From Candidatus Latescibacterota bacterium (GTDB taxonomy: Bacteria > Latescibacterota > UBA2968 > UBA8231): a DNA stretch of 64,000 nt. Where the stretch lies: positions 512,001-576,000 of the forward strand of contig CBDFJF010000001.1 of NCBI GenBank assembly GCA_965248265.1. Direction: 5' to 3'. Of this stretch, positions 9,860 to 19,935 are shown one piece after another. Under the pieces are notes generated by a model. It was given only the letters and a program-made list of their open reading frames with translations, ran no database searches and had not been told where the DNA came from. Within the stretch, counting starts at the first letter, position 1. The number at the start of each line of letters is the position of its first letter. Both the position numbers and the translations under genes were made by a program.

Positions 9860-10678
9860 TCACAGCAGTTCCAAGATCCCCCGCAGGTACTTGAGACTTC
9901 CGGCCGCAATCGTTCTGGGGTCGGGCTCAAAGTCGAACACCTCCACGGAGACATAGCGGTCGTAGGACATCTCCTTTAACCGCCGCAGTACGGACACGAA
10001 ATCCGTTTCTCCGAAGCCGGGACCGCGTTTGTTGGCGTCGTTGACGTGAACGTGGTAGAGATGAGGGCCGGCAATATCCAGCAGATCGGCCACCGGCACT
10101 TCCTCCGTTGAACCGCTGCACACATCCACCATCATCTGGAAGTTGGGGTGGTCGATCTGCTCGACCATCTTGCGTGCCTCCGTCGCCGTGGTGATGAAGT
10201 TCGTCTGTTCGCTGCTCAACGCCTCGATGCAGAGTGATACATCATTGCGTTCACACAGCGTCAAACAGTCCTCAAAAACTGCTCGCGTTCGATTCCACGT
10301 CTCGCCGTAGTCCCAATCATCCTGAACCGTTCGCTGCTGCGGCGAGCCGACGATCATGACACGGCCTCCGAGATCACCGCAGAATTCGACCAATGCCTTG
10401 AAGTAATCTCGCGTACAGTTGCGGATTTTGTCGTCGACATGGTTGGTGTACAGCCCCTTGGGGCTCACTAACAGCCAGTGAAGGCCGATGATGTCGACGC
10501 CGGCGGCAGCGGCGGCGTTGCGGATCTCTGCACGCCGTGAAGAGGATACCTCCTCAACTGAATCAGCCAGCGTAAAGGGGGCGATCTCGACTCCCTGGTA
10601 ACCCACCTGGGCGGCGTAGTCGAAGACCTCCTCGAGCGGCCAGTTCTCGAAGTACTCATTGCAGGTGCCGAATTTCAT
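9860..10678 (-). CDS. Sugar-phosphate isomerase/epimerase (tagatose-3-epimerase-like TIM barrel)
   Basis: GVEIAPF, GLHWLL, IEAL, HVHVND, GPGFG, SVEVF. Confidence 0.88.
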   Translation of the reverse strand: MKFGTCNEYFENWPLEEVFDYAAQVGYQGVEIAPFTLADSVEEVSSSRRAEIRNAAAAAGVDIIGLHWLLVSPKGLYTNHVDDKIRNCTRDYFKALVEFCGDLGGRVMIVGSPQQRTVQDDWDYGETWNRTRAVFEDCLTLCERNDVSLCIEALSSEQTNFITTATEARKMVEQIDHPNFQMMVDVCSGSTEEVPVADLLDIAGPHLYHVHVNDANKRGPGFGETDFVSVLRRLKEMSYDRYVSVEVFDFEPDPRTIAAGSLKYLRGILELL

Positions 10679-10902
10679 ACCGCAAAAGATAGAGTGTAGT
10701 GGGTGGGTGGGAAAGGAACCACATGCTACCTGGACGCTACACAGGAGCTTCCCTGATTCCATTCGCTTTCCCCCGGAGCCGTCCGGCGTTCGTAGGCACA
10801 GCGTTTGCCCAGCGTCCTGGACGACCACCCCGACAGGCGCTCAAGCCGATCGGGGAATCAGCCAGCGGGAGGGGATGCGCTTTGCGCAGCAACGGATGCA
10901 CA

Positions 10903-12588
10903 GTGGTGACCATCGCGTGCCTGGTCTTGGCTGGTGGTGGGGCGGAGGTCAGCCTTGGACAGCATAAAACGCTGGGACAGCAGAAGACGCTGGGTCAACA
11001 GGAGACGAGCTCGGACACGACGTTTCTCGAGAGTGCAGACGGAGCGCTGCTGGAGGCCATGCTGGCCGACACCGAGCAGGGCATCGGTGAGTTGGCGTTG
11101 CGCACCAGAGTTCGCCAGCCGTCGATCTCGGTAGACCAGCTATCCCTGTATCGCAGGGCTCGGTGGACACTTCCCTCCGGCCATCAGCTTCACGTCGTGG
11201 CTGAACGAGATGCTGGAGAGCCTGACTGGCATGACTTCGTGGCAATCTACGGTCGCTGGCAACTGTCTGAGGCGGTGCAAACGCATGTCGGCGACCTTCG
11301 TCCCGGCTTTGCCCAGGGGCTGGTGTTCAGTCGCGGCTCGCGACGGGGTGGCACGGTAACGCCGCTGATGCGGGGCGACAGTCACGCCATCGGGTACCGC
11401 GCTTCGGGAGAGAACCAGGCCCTGCGCGGGGTCAGCGTGCGGCTGCACCACCGTGGTGCCGTTTCTACCCTGATCGTCGGAAGCCTGCGGCGTGATGCCC
11501 GCTTGGATACTGCTGGAAGAGTGATCTCACTCCCCGAGAGTGGTCGCCATGTCAGCGAGGTGGAGCAGGTGGGGAAAAACCAACTCTCCGGCACGCTTCT
11601 TGGGTTACGGTTACACAAAAAAAATCGCAGGCTGCAACTGGGGGCAACATTGTACCGCCTTGTCGCCGACAGTAAAATCGACCTGCGGCGACCGGAGAGC
11701 CGCCCCGAGGGGTTCGAAGGTGACAGCCAACACCTGGCGGGCATCGATGTCTCAATCGGACACGGCAGGCGCGGGAGTGCGGTGGTGTTTGGGGAGGCTG
11801 CCGTGGATGGACGCCGGGAGTGGGGCCTGGTGGCAGGCGGCCGTGTCGCCCGCAACACTGTGAGGTTCAGTGGTCTGGCGCGTTATTACTCCTCCGGGTT
11901 TCACAGCTTCTTCGGTGGTTCCGCGAGCTCTGTCGGCATGAACAATGAACTGGGTCTGGCACTGGCCGTACGAGGCCGATGGGGTCGGCTGTTTCGGTGG
12001 CGGCTGTTTCACGATCGCTATGAACGTCCGCTGCTTCCCGCAGGGGCGAAGGGTGCAGCGACCTCGAGCGTCTGGGGAGGCGCCCTGCAATCGCAAATCG
12101 GCCGCCATTGGCGCCTCGACACGACCCTGCAGCAACGCCGGCGACTGCGATCAACCGGCTCACCACACGACTACAGTCTGGCCCTTCGTGTGGATGCCAT
12201 CCGGGATCCTATCGGGCAGGGGACGGCGATCCGCCTGCGCACTGAGTGGAAGCGTGTGCGCGTTCAGTCGGAGGGCCCACAAGCTGGGGTCAACGTCTCA
12301 ATGAGCTGCAAAAAACAGCAGGACAGGTGGCAATACGTAATCCACCTGAGCCGCTTCTTCACTCAGTCGTACGACGCGCGCATCTACGAGTACGAGCGTG
12401 ATCTTCCCGGATCGGTGAGCATTCGCCCGCTCTACGGAGACGGTTGGCGGGGGGTCGCCATGGTGCAGGGTGAGCTGGGGCGAGGTTTTTCCATGACACT
12501 GCGCTGCCGCCACCAGCGCGCCGGTGGAGAACGCCGCCGCCGAGACACCCTGACAGGATTGCAGATCGACTACGAAGGTCCCGGTTAA
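10903..12588 (+). CDS. Putative outer-membrane beta-barrel protein related to FCB ComEA/HhH-associated proteins (start uncertain)
   Basis: AERDAGE, VGDLRPGFAQGLV, MNNELG, SYDARIYEYERDLPG..IRPLYGDG; amphipathic strands; ends LQIDY. Confidence 0.6.
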   Translation: MVTIACLVLAGGGAEVSLGQHKTLGQQKTLGQQETSSDTTFLESADGALLEAMLADTEQGIGELALRTRVRQPSISVDQLSLYRRARWTLPSGHQLHVVAERDAGEPDWHDFVAIYGRWQLSEAVQTHVGDLRPGFAQGLVFSRGSRRGGTVTPLMRGDSHAIGYRASGENQALRGVSVRLHHRGAVSTLIVGSLRRDARLDTAGRVISLPESGRHVSEVEQVGKNQLSGTLLGLRLHKKNRRLQLGATLYRLVADSKIDLRRPESRPEGFEGDSQHLAGIDVSIGHGRRGSAVVFGEAAVDGRREWGLVAGGRVARNTVRFSGLARYYSSGFHSFFGGSASSVGMNNELGLALAVRGRWGRLFRWRLFHDRYERPLLPAGAKGAATSSVWGGALQSQIGRHWRLDTTLQQRRRLRSTGSPHDYSLALRVDAIRDPIGQGTAIRLRTEWKRVRVQSEGPQAGVNVSMSCKKQQDRWQYVIHLSRFFTQSYDARIYEYERDLPGSVSIRPLYGDGWRGVAMVQGELGRGFSMTLRCRHQRAGGERRRRDTLTGLQIDYEGPG

Positions 12589-12663
12589 CCCCTCCTCACA
12601 GATCATTGACACCTCGCAAGTGCCTGAATACCTTGGACATGAACGCTGTGCGAGGGGACGCAA

Positions 12664-14247
12664 ATGCCAACGAATGCGACACGACGTGGAGATCTCGAAG
12701 AGTGTCTCCGACGACTCAACGAGATTGGCTCCGCGCTCTCAGTAGAGCGCGATTTGCGAACCTTGCTCGAGCGTATTCTGCTCGAAGCACGGCGCTTCAC
12801 CGGGGCTGATGCCGGAACCCTCTTCCTGGCCGCAGAAGATCATCTCACCTTCGAAATCACCCAGAACGACACGCTTGGCGAGTTTACCGGCAGCCGCGAG
12901 GCCCCCAAGATACCGCCGGTACCCCTGAACAAGGAAAGCGCCTCCGGCTACGCCGCGGTCACCGGCAAAAGCCTCAACATCGAAGACGTCTACGACGAGA
13001 CCTGCGAGTACCAGTTCGAAGGGCCCAAACTCTACGACCGCCTGACCGGGTATCGGACGAATTCGATGCTGGTCATACCGATGCAGGATCACGAAGACCA
13101 GGTCATCGGTGTCCTGCAGTTGCTCAATGCCCGCGACGACGATGGCTCTTTCGTCGCGTTCTCGGATCAGGACGAAGGGCTCATTCAATCGCTGGCATCA
13201 CAGGCAGCCGTGGCCGTCAACAACGTGCGCCTGATCCAGGAAACCGAGCAATTGTTCGAGTCGCTCATCCAGGTAATGGCGACCGCCATCGACGAACGCT
13301 CCCCGTATACAGGCGGACATATCCGCCGCGTTGCCGAGATGACGATGGAGCTTGCCAGGGCCGTCAACGCCTGCGACAGCGGCCCCCTGGCTGAGGCTCA
13401 CTTCGATGAAGAGCAGCTGGACGAGATCCGCATCGCCAGCTGGATGCACGACATCGGCAAGGTCACGACACCGGAATGGGTCGTCGACAAACCCACCAAG
13501 CTGACGACGATCTTCGACCGCATCGAGCTTTTGCGTACCCGCTTCGACGTCATGGCTAAGACCGCTGAGGCCGACATGTTGAAGCAGAAGGTAGCCTGCC
13601 TGGAGCGGGGTGAGCTGTTTCCGCTGGACCTTGAAGAGGCTTGTACGGCGAGACTTCAGCAGTTGCGGGAAGATTTCGAGTTTCTCGCCAGGGCGAATCA
13701 ACCGGGCGAGTTCATGGATGATGATGATCTCGAGCGGCTCAACCAGATCCGCACCAGGAACTATTCGATGGATGGTAACGTGGGGGTGGCATCTCTCACG
13801 GATGACGAATTCGGGAACCTTAGTATCCGCAAGGGTAGTCTTACTGACGGGGAGCGTCAGAAGATCAACGACCACGCGGCGATGAGTATCAAAATGCTCG
13901 GGCAGATTCCGTTCACCCGCCACCTTCGTCAGGTGCCCGATATCGCCGGGGCCCACCACGAAAAGCTCAACGGCTCCGGTTATCCTCTGGGTTTGAAGGG
14001 CAGCGAAATCAGTCTGCAGGCACGTATCCTGGCCCTAGTGGACATCTTCGAGTCCCTCAGTGCCGACGATCGGCCGTATCGCGCCAGGCCGATGCCGAGA
14101 GATCTGGTTTTGCGAATCCTGGAAGAGGAAGTGGACGCCGGACACCTCGACCGTGATGTCTTCGACCTATTCATGCGAGACGAGTTGTATGTCAAACTCG
14201 ACGAGATCAAAGCCCAGATGGCGCAGAAACCTCAAGCGCAGTCTTGA
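12664..14247 (+). CDS. GAF + HD-GYP cyclic-dinucleotide phosphodiesterase
   Basis: GAF domain (GYRTNSMLVIPM), SPYTGGHIRRV, HDIGK, HHEKLNGSGYP, RPYR. Confidence 0.92.
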   Translation: MPTNATRRGDLEECLRRLNEIGSALSVERDLRTLLERILLEARRFTGADAGTLFLAAEDHLTFEITQNDTLGEFTGSREAPKIPPVPLNKESASGYAAVTGKSLNIEDVYDETCEYQFEGPKLYDRLTGYRTNSMLVIPMQDHEDQVIGVLQLLNARDDDGSFVAFSDQDEGLIQSLASQAAVAVNNVRLIQETEQLFESLIQVMATAIDERSPYTGGHIRRVAEMTMELARAVNACDSGPLAEAHFDEEQLDEIRIASWMHDIGKVTTPEWVVDKPTKLTTIFDRIELLRTRFDVMAKTAEADMLKQKVACLERGELFPLDLEEACTARLQQLREDFEFLARANQPGEFMDDDDLERLNQIRTRNYSMDGNVGVASLTDDEFGNLSIRKGSLTDGERQKINDHAAMSIKMLGQIPFTRHLRQVPDIAGAHHEKLNGSGYPLGLKGSEISLQARILALVDIFESLSADDRPYRARPMPRDLVLRILEEEVDAGHLDRDVFDLFMRDELYVKLDEIKAQMAQKPQAQS

Positions 14248-16988
14248 CCCGCGGCCTCCTGAGGCAGCGTTGCGGTGTTTTTATTACGCTGCTGGCGGCG
14301 ACCTTCTGTTCAGATCCTCTTGCCGTCGACTCGCAGAGCACCTTGACGGCGCGCGGGCGCATGTTCGCGCTGGTCGTTTTTGCTCAATTCGCTGACGAGG
14401 GCAGTGGTCAGGATGCGCCGCCGTCATTCGCTGGCGATCTGTTCGATCCAGACCTTCCAGGCAGCCTTACCCATTTCTTCGACGAGATGTCGCACGGGCA
14501 GTTTCAACTCGATGGCCGGGTTCTGCCCAGATGGTATCGTTCCAACAGCACCGCGGCTTCCTATCTGGCAAGCGAAGTAGGCGTCCGTGGTGAATTCGGC
14601 CGTTTCGTGCGCGAAATTCTGGCGGCTGCCGATGCCGATGCCGATCTGACCGAGTTCGACAACGACGGTCCCGATGGCGTACCCGATTCCGGAGATGACG
14701 ACGGCTTCGTGGATTTCGTCTTCGTCATCACGCGCTCGACTCCACCCGGATTCATCATCAACCAGGCGACGGGCATGGCGCGTCTGGGTCTCGAATCGGC
14801 CTTCCTCACGAATGACCGGACGATCGATGGGCGAACCCTGCGCATTCGAGCCGACTTCAGTACACCGGTTGGCGGTGTTCTGCAGCGCGGGAAGAATTTC
14901 GCCGAGGCCGTAGGCAGCATGGCGCATGAGTTCGGCCATGTCCTCGGCCTGCCGGATCTGTATGACACCGATTTCAATTCATCGGGGAACAACATGGACC
15001 CGGCAGAGGACTCGGCCGGCATCGGTTACTGGGGCCTGATGGGACACGGCACCCGCGGTTGGGATGATGCCGGGGGGCCGAATCCCTTGAGTGCCTGGAG
15101 TCTGGCGCAGCTGGGGTGGATTGGACCGGCCAACGAGCATCTCGTCATCCTGGAGCAGGATGCCGCCGACCTGGCATTCGAAGACGCGGAGGGAAACAGC
15201 CTTGTCTACAAACTGCCAGGCCCTTCAACGGCTGATGGCCCATCCCCTGTTTACTATCTGGTAGAACACCGTCGGAACGGCTCCAGCTATTATGAGCGCG
15301 ATCTCCCGGGTTCAGGTCTGTTGATCTGGCGTGTCGATGAAGAGTCATCAAACGGTAGGAACAGGGTCGAGCAAGCCAAACTCGTCGACCTGGTGTGTGC
15401 CGACGGCTTGTTCGACGATGCCGGAGCGCCAATCGGACAGAGACCGAACCCCGACGCCGGCAAGGACAATTTAGATTTCTGGGCACACGATCAGGCGTAC
15501 ACCGCCGAGCATGCCGGCAATCTGGGTGACGAAGGAGATTTCTTCGATGGCGAGGAAGGTGCCGATGAATTCTCGGTGGTCTCGAACCCTGCGGCTCCGT
15601 CCGGCCGGGGCCTCGTGATCGAGGCGATCCGACGACAGGGGAATGGAATGCGTGCAGATGTCCGATTTGATGATCGCAGGCGGGCAGGCCGTATTGACGA
15701 AAACCAGGTATGGCGGGACACCATCGAAGTCGCCGGCGACCTCAGCATTGGCCCAGGTACAACATTGACCGTGGAGCCCGGGACGGTGGTGCTGATGGGT
15801 CCCGACCAAAGAGCGTCGGGTCTGGATGCAACGCTGACGGAACTGGTCGTTTTCGGTACGCTGTTCGTTGCCGGTGGCCAGGACGGCGCGCTCTTTACCT
15901 CGGCGGCTGCGGTTCCGAGTCCAGGCGATTGGTATGGCATCCGGGCCTCGTTCGGCAGTCTGCGACTCAACCGAGTGGCCTTTGAGTACGCCTCTACCGC
16001 ATTGAGCGGGGACCTGGGAGTCTCAGGCAAACTCGATCGCCTGGACCTGGTGACCGTTCGGGAAACAAGCAGTGATGGCATTGATCTGCGGGTGCGCGGC
16101 CAGGTAGAGCTGGACAGGGTGGTCGTCGTGAACGCTGGTGGTACTGGCATGCGTTTCACCGGCGATGGGCAGGTCATCATGGAGGAGTGCGAGGTGTCTG
16201 GAGCCGCCGACCATGGGCTGGCCAGTGAGGCCCGCTCGTTTGCGTGTACGAACTGCCGGTTTTTATCCAATGGTGTGTCGAACATGGAAGCTGCCAATCT
16301 CTTGTTCGACAGAAGAGCCAAGGTCACGATCACCGAGGGCACTTTCACGGGCGGGATAGGCATTCGTCTGGAGCGGGCCGGTGAGGTTCTAATCAAGGGT
16401 ACTCAATTCAACGATCATCGAACGGCAGTCATTTCGCGTGACACCCAGCTGGAGTTCGAGCGAAACTGGATCAACAACTGTGATCTTGCTTTTGAAACCA
16501 CCGGAGTCGGTGCCCGGGTCCTCATTACGCTCAATTCGATAGAGGGAACCCCTCGACTGATTGAGAACACGAATAGCTTCATCGTTGCAGCAGGGCAGAA
16601 CTGGTGGGGGCGGGATGATGAGTCCTGGATCGAAGAGCGCATGATCGGCCTGGTAGAGTGGCGGCCGGTGCTCAACTTCGATCCCCGACTTCCAGTCGAT
16701 TTCGCACTGAATCAGAATTTCCCGAATCCGTTCAACGCCAGCACGGTCATCGACTACTCCGTGGGTATTCGACACGCGTCTGCGAGCGCTGACATGACCC
16801 TGGAGATTCGCGATGCGGTAGGGGGTCTGGTTCGTCGCCTCGTTGACGGCCCTGCGGTACCGGGAATCTATTCGGTAACCTGGAATGGCATTGACAGTGA
16901 AGGCGAAGCCGCCGCCAGCGGCACCTACTTCTATCTATTGGAAGTGGGGCCCGCGAGATTAAGCCGCAAGCTGATGGTCATTCGTTAG
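14244..16988 (+). CDS. M6 (immune inhibitor A-like) metalloprotease with beta-helix and FlgD/T9SS-type C-terminal domain
   Basis: Signal peptide, HEFGHVLGLPDLYD, WGLMG, YYLVEHR, GLLIWRVD, QNFPNPFN...SGTYFY...KLMVIR. Confidence 0.88.
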   Translation: MTRGLLRQRCGVFITLLAATFCSDPLAVDSQSTLTARGRMFALVVFAQFADEGSGQDAPPSFAGDLFDPDLPGSLTHFFDEMSHGQFQLDGRVLPRWYRSNSTAASYLASEVGVRGEFGRFVREILAAADADADLTEFDNDGPDGVPDSGDDDGFVDFVFVITRSTPPGFIINQATGMARLGLESAFLTNDRTIDGRTLRIRADFSTPVGGVLQRGKNFAEAVGSMAHEFGHVLGLPDLYDTDFNSSGNNMDPAEDSAGIGYWGLMGHGTRGWDDAGGPNPLSAWSLAQLGWIGPANEHLVILEQDAADLAFEDAEGNSLVYKLPGPSTADGPSPVYYLVEHRRNGSSYYERDLPGSGLLIWRVDEESSNGRNRVEQAKLVDLVCADGLFDDAGAPIGQRPNPDAGKDNLDFWAHDQAYTAEHAGNLGDEGDFFDGEEGADEFSVVSNPAAPSGRGLVIEAIRRQGNGMRADVRFDDRRRAGRIDENQVWRDTIEVAGDLSIGPGTTLTVEPGTVVLMGPDQRASGLDATLTELVVFGTLFVAGGQDGALFTSAAAVPSPGDWYGIRASFGSLRLNRVAFEYASTALSGDLGVSGKLDRLDLVTVRETSSDGIDLRVRGQVELDRVVVVNAGGTGMRFTGDGQVIMEECEVSGAADHGLASEARSFACTNCRFLSNGVSNMEAANLLFDRRAKVTITEGTFTGGIGIRLERAGEVLIKGTQFNDHRTAVISRDTQLEFERNWINNCDLAFETTGVGARVLITLNSIEGTPRLIENTNSFIVAAGQNWWGRDDESWIEERMIGLVEWRPVLNFDPRLPVDFALNQNFPNPFNASTVIDYSVGIRHASASADMTLEIRDAVGGLVRRLVDGPAVPGIYSVTWNGIDSEGEAAASGTYFYLLEVGPARLSRKLMVIR

Positions 16989-17263
16989 CTTTGAGGTAGG
17001 CAATATTTGCCGCCGCTGGATACGATCAAGACAGCATCAGTCGGCGCCTCTGCCCGGGATATTTTACACGCCAGATGGTGGTATCCGAGTCTTCCTTGTA
17101 CTACATATGGCGGCTTTCGGGCGACAGATCGTGCGTGGGGTGGAACCTGATATGCTGATCCGGAAATGCTAGGGAGGGGCCCACGCGGGGGGCATTAACT
17201 TGCTTATTTTCTTAAAGATATGTGGTTTCTTACCGATCAACTGAGCGTCGGGAAAGATGCGGA

Positions 17264-17279
17264 TGGCCCGGGCTTTGCT
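17264..17279 (+). promoter_or_regulatory. Sigma54 -24/-12 promoter
   Basis: TGGCCCGGGCTTTGCT (GG-N10-GC), with IHF-like TAACTTGCTTATT at 17196-17208. Confidence 0.65.
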
Positions 17280-17386
17280 GATTGCAGAGTGGGAAGTCCT
17301 TGGGGGACGCGCACGCCGGCTCAGGCGATTGGCGGCTCCCACGGCAACAACAGGGTACCGCACAGAACCAGATAAAGAGAGACGTC

Positions 17387-18427
17387 ATGTCCAAGACCCA
17401 GCGGATGATTGCTTTCGCTGTCGCCGTCGTTGTCACGAGCTGGCCCCATGTGGGCGAGGCTGGAGAGGCTTTCGTCACCAAGATCAGGGGGACGAGTCTG
17501 ACCATCGACAAGGGCGCCGAAGAAGGTCTCGAGGTTGGCCTCGAAGTCAAGGTGATTCGGCCTCCCGACGAGGCCATCATCCATCCTCTGACCGGTGAGA
17601 ATCTGGGTGCTCCCGCGATCGAGCTCGGCACAGGGGAGATCACCAAGGTTTCAGCTCGCGCCGCTTCGATCCATCTGGAGAGTTCGCCGATTCTCCCCGT
17701 ACGTCCTGGAGACGTAGTCAATTACATCACCCCGGACGAAAAAATGGTGATGGAACAGGAGATGGTCACGGTGACGGCCGAAAAGGCGGCAGCGGAGCGG
17801 AGCTCGATCCGCAACAAAGCCTCCAGCCTGGCTCGCACCATCGGTGCTGTCCAGGGCACGATCAAGGCGCTGCAGCGCTCCATCAAGGAGTTACAGCGCT
17901 TCGACAACGACGTCGTCAAGCCCCAGTTCAACAGCATCAACCGCGAAATGGAGACGATCCAAGCCGAGCTCAAGGAATTGCGCGAATCCGTTACCTTGAT
18001 GGGTTCCGTGGCGATCGACGGTCTCGAAGGAGAAGGGGTCGAGGGCGAGCTCACCGATATGCAGATCGAGAAGCTGCAGCAATTGATCGATGAAAAGCTG
18101 GTTCTCCTGCAGACCCAGATGCCAACGGGAATCACACCGGGCGAGCCGCCGATGCTGGATGACGAAGAGATCCTAATCGATCCCGAGGCAGAGGAAGAGG
18201 AGGAAGGTGGGTCACTTTGGATCTATCTAGTGGTGATCGCGGTCGGTGTTCTCGCCATCGGAGCCTTCGTCTACATGAAGATGTCGGCCGGTGGTGATGA
18301 CGATGAAGAGGACGACGAAGAAGATGACGACGAAGATGACGGCGATTTCGAGGACGAGGATGACGAGGATCTCGAAATCGAGGAAGAAGACGAAGAAGAC
18401 GACATCGTCGTTGAGGAGACGCAATAA
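17387..18427 (+). CDS. Exported protein: FlgT-C-like domain, coiled coil, TM helix, acidic tail
   Basis: Signal peptide, IDKGAEEGLEVG...IHPLTGENLG, heptads, WIYLVVIAVGVLAIGAFVYM, D/E-rich C-terminus. Confidence 0.7.
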   Translation: MSKTQRMIAFAVAVVVTSWPHVGEAGEAFVTKIRGTSLTIDKGAEEGLEVGLEVKVIRPPDEAIIHPLTGENLGAPAIELGTGEITKVSARAASIHLESSPILPVRPGDVVNYITPDEKMVMEQEMVTVTAEKAAAERSSIRNKASSLARTIGAVQGTIKALQRSIKELQRFDNDVVKPQFNSINREMETIQAELKELRESVTLMGSVAIDGLEGEGVEGELTDMQIEKLQQLIDEKLVLLQTQMPTGITPGEPPMLDDEEILIDPEAEEEEEGGSLWIYLVVIAVGVLAIGAFVYMKMSAGGDDDEEDDEEDDDEDDGDFEDEDDEDLEIEEEDEEDDIVVEETQ

Positions 18428-18453
18428 CAATGTTCTACTGCCTGTTCGATTGG

Positions 18454-19272
18454 ATGCGTGAATCATCAACAAGGGTGGGTCTTGCCGGACTACTTGTCTT
18501 TCTGGCAACCAGTACCGCGGTGGACGCCGACGGCATGGTTATCCGCGTCCAGCAAAGCTCCCAGAGTACCCTGGTGTTCATCGATGTAGGCGCCAACGAC
18601 GGTGTCATGAGAGGCGATCTCTACAACATCATCTCGTCGGAGGTACTCTCGCATCCACTGACCGGTGATACGCTGGCGGTGACGCCGATGAATGTGGGCG
18701 CCATTCAGGTTCATCAAGTAAACGAGAAACTGGCGATTGCCAAGCTCCTGCACCTGATGCCAGGTGAGGATGCCATGTTGAAGCCGATCGCCAGGGTCCA
18801 GGATCCTGATCGTCTGGCGGAAATAGAGAAGCTCGTGTCACGAGCGCGCTTCAAGGCTATGGGCGGCAGTGCACCCCGAAACACAGCACTGATTCCTGGC
18901 ATGTACCAGATGAAGGTCGGGGAGAAGACAAAGGGGTGGGCCCTGCTCGCCTCCGACGCCGTCGCTCTTGTGGCGGCCATCGGCTATCGCACCAATAGCA
19001 ACGACTGGAAGGATCAGTACAACAATCTTCCCGCGGGGCTGCCGGACAGCCAGTACGAATACTACTTCAGCCGTGCTGAAGATCGCCGCAAAACCAGCAA
19101 CCGGCTGTTCTGGTTGGCTGGCGCCATCTATGCCTACAACTGGGCGGATGTGCTGTGGTTGGGGGAGAGCGCCAAGATGATGGCACACACGGCCCCCGCC
19201 AACCAGACTCAGTTCGGTCTCGGCGCAACCAGTGACGGTAATCCGCTCTTCAGCATCCAACACAGATTCTGA
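18454..19272 (+). CDS. Exported protein: FlgT-C-like domain plus DUF5683-like membrane region
   Basis: FIDVGANDGV...HPLTGDTL; ALIPGMYQM..G.K.KG; IYAYNWADV. Confidence 0.65.
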   Translation: MRESSTRVGLAGLLVFLATSTAVDADGMVIRVQQSSQSTLVFIDVGANDGVMRGDLYNIISSEVLSHPLTGDTLAVTPMNVGAIQVHQVNEKLAIAKLLHLMPGEDAMLKPIARVQDPDRLAEIEKLVSRARFKAMGGSAPRNTALIPGMYQMKVGEKTKGWALLASDAVALVAAIGYRTNSNDWKDQYNNLPAGLPDSQYEYYFSRAEDRRKTSNRLFWLAGAIYAYNWADVLWLGESAKMMAHTAPANQTQFGLGATSDGNPLFSIQHRF

Positions 19273-19288
19273 GTCACGCAGCATACCG

Positions 19289-19771
19289 ATGATTCCCGCT
19301 CACAAACCCGTCGTTCTTCACGTCCTCTCCGCGGCCACCTTCGCCGTGCTCTTCAGCATCGGTTGTGGTGGGCTGGAGCGCGACAACCCTGTCGATCCAT
19401 TCGTGACCGGAGGCGCTTCGCTCAGCGAGCAGCTGATCGGCACCTGGACCCGGCGAAGCGGAGCGCAGGCACAGGATTACGGTTTCAGCATCGGACAAGG
19501 CGTCATGCGCGTCGACTACACGGCTGTTTCCGGGGGCACCGTAGACCGCCTCGACTCGTGGTCGACCACCCGCGCACACACCTTCCGGGGGATCTACGAG
19601 CTCGAAGGCGATCAGCTGACGATGACCTACAACGATGCCAACTCCACCGAACCCGGTGAAGAGCTCACGGTTCCAGCCGCCTCGCAGGTTGTCAGAATCA
19701 CCATCAGACGCAATACCTTGACGATGGAAGAGGCCGGCAGCACCCTGCAGTTCCTGCCGTTGCAACCTTAG
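19289..19771 (+). CDS. Putative lipoprotein (lipocalin-like beta sheet)
   Basis: Lipobox-like SIG/C followed by RDNPVDP and LIGTW. Confidence 0.7.
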   Translation: MIPAHKPVVLHVLSAATFAVLFSIGCGGLERDNPVDPFVTGGASLSEQLIGTWTRRSGAQAQDYGFSIGQGVMRVDYTAVSGGTVDRLDSWSTTRAHTFRGIYELEGDQLTMTYNDANSTEPGEELTVPAASQVVRITIRRNTLTMEEAGSTLQFLPLQP

Positions 19772-19935
19772 GAATTGGGTTCCTATACGGGTTGGGGCCG
19801 GTCCTTGCCGGCCGCATCGCTCTCTCTATATTCTTCTCGACAATAATAGTCACTGATTCCACGAGCCCGACGCATCGTCGCGTAGTCCGGCTCTTTCCCG
19901 TTGATTGATCGCCCTCTCCCCGAGGGAGTCCTGCC

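Noticed and set aside
19772-19935. Purine riboswitch before guaA
   Set aside because: No recognisable aptamer core or terminator
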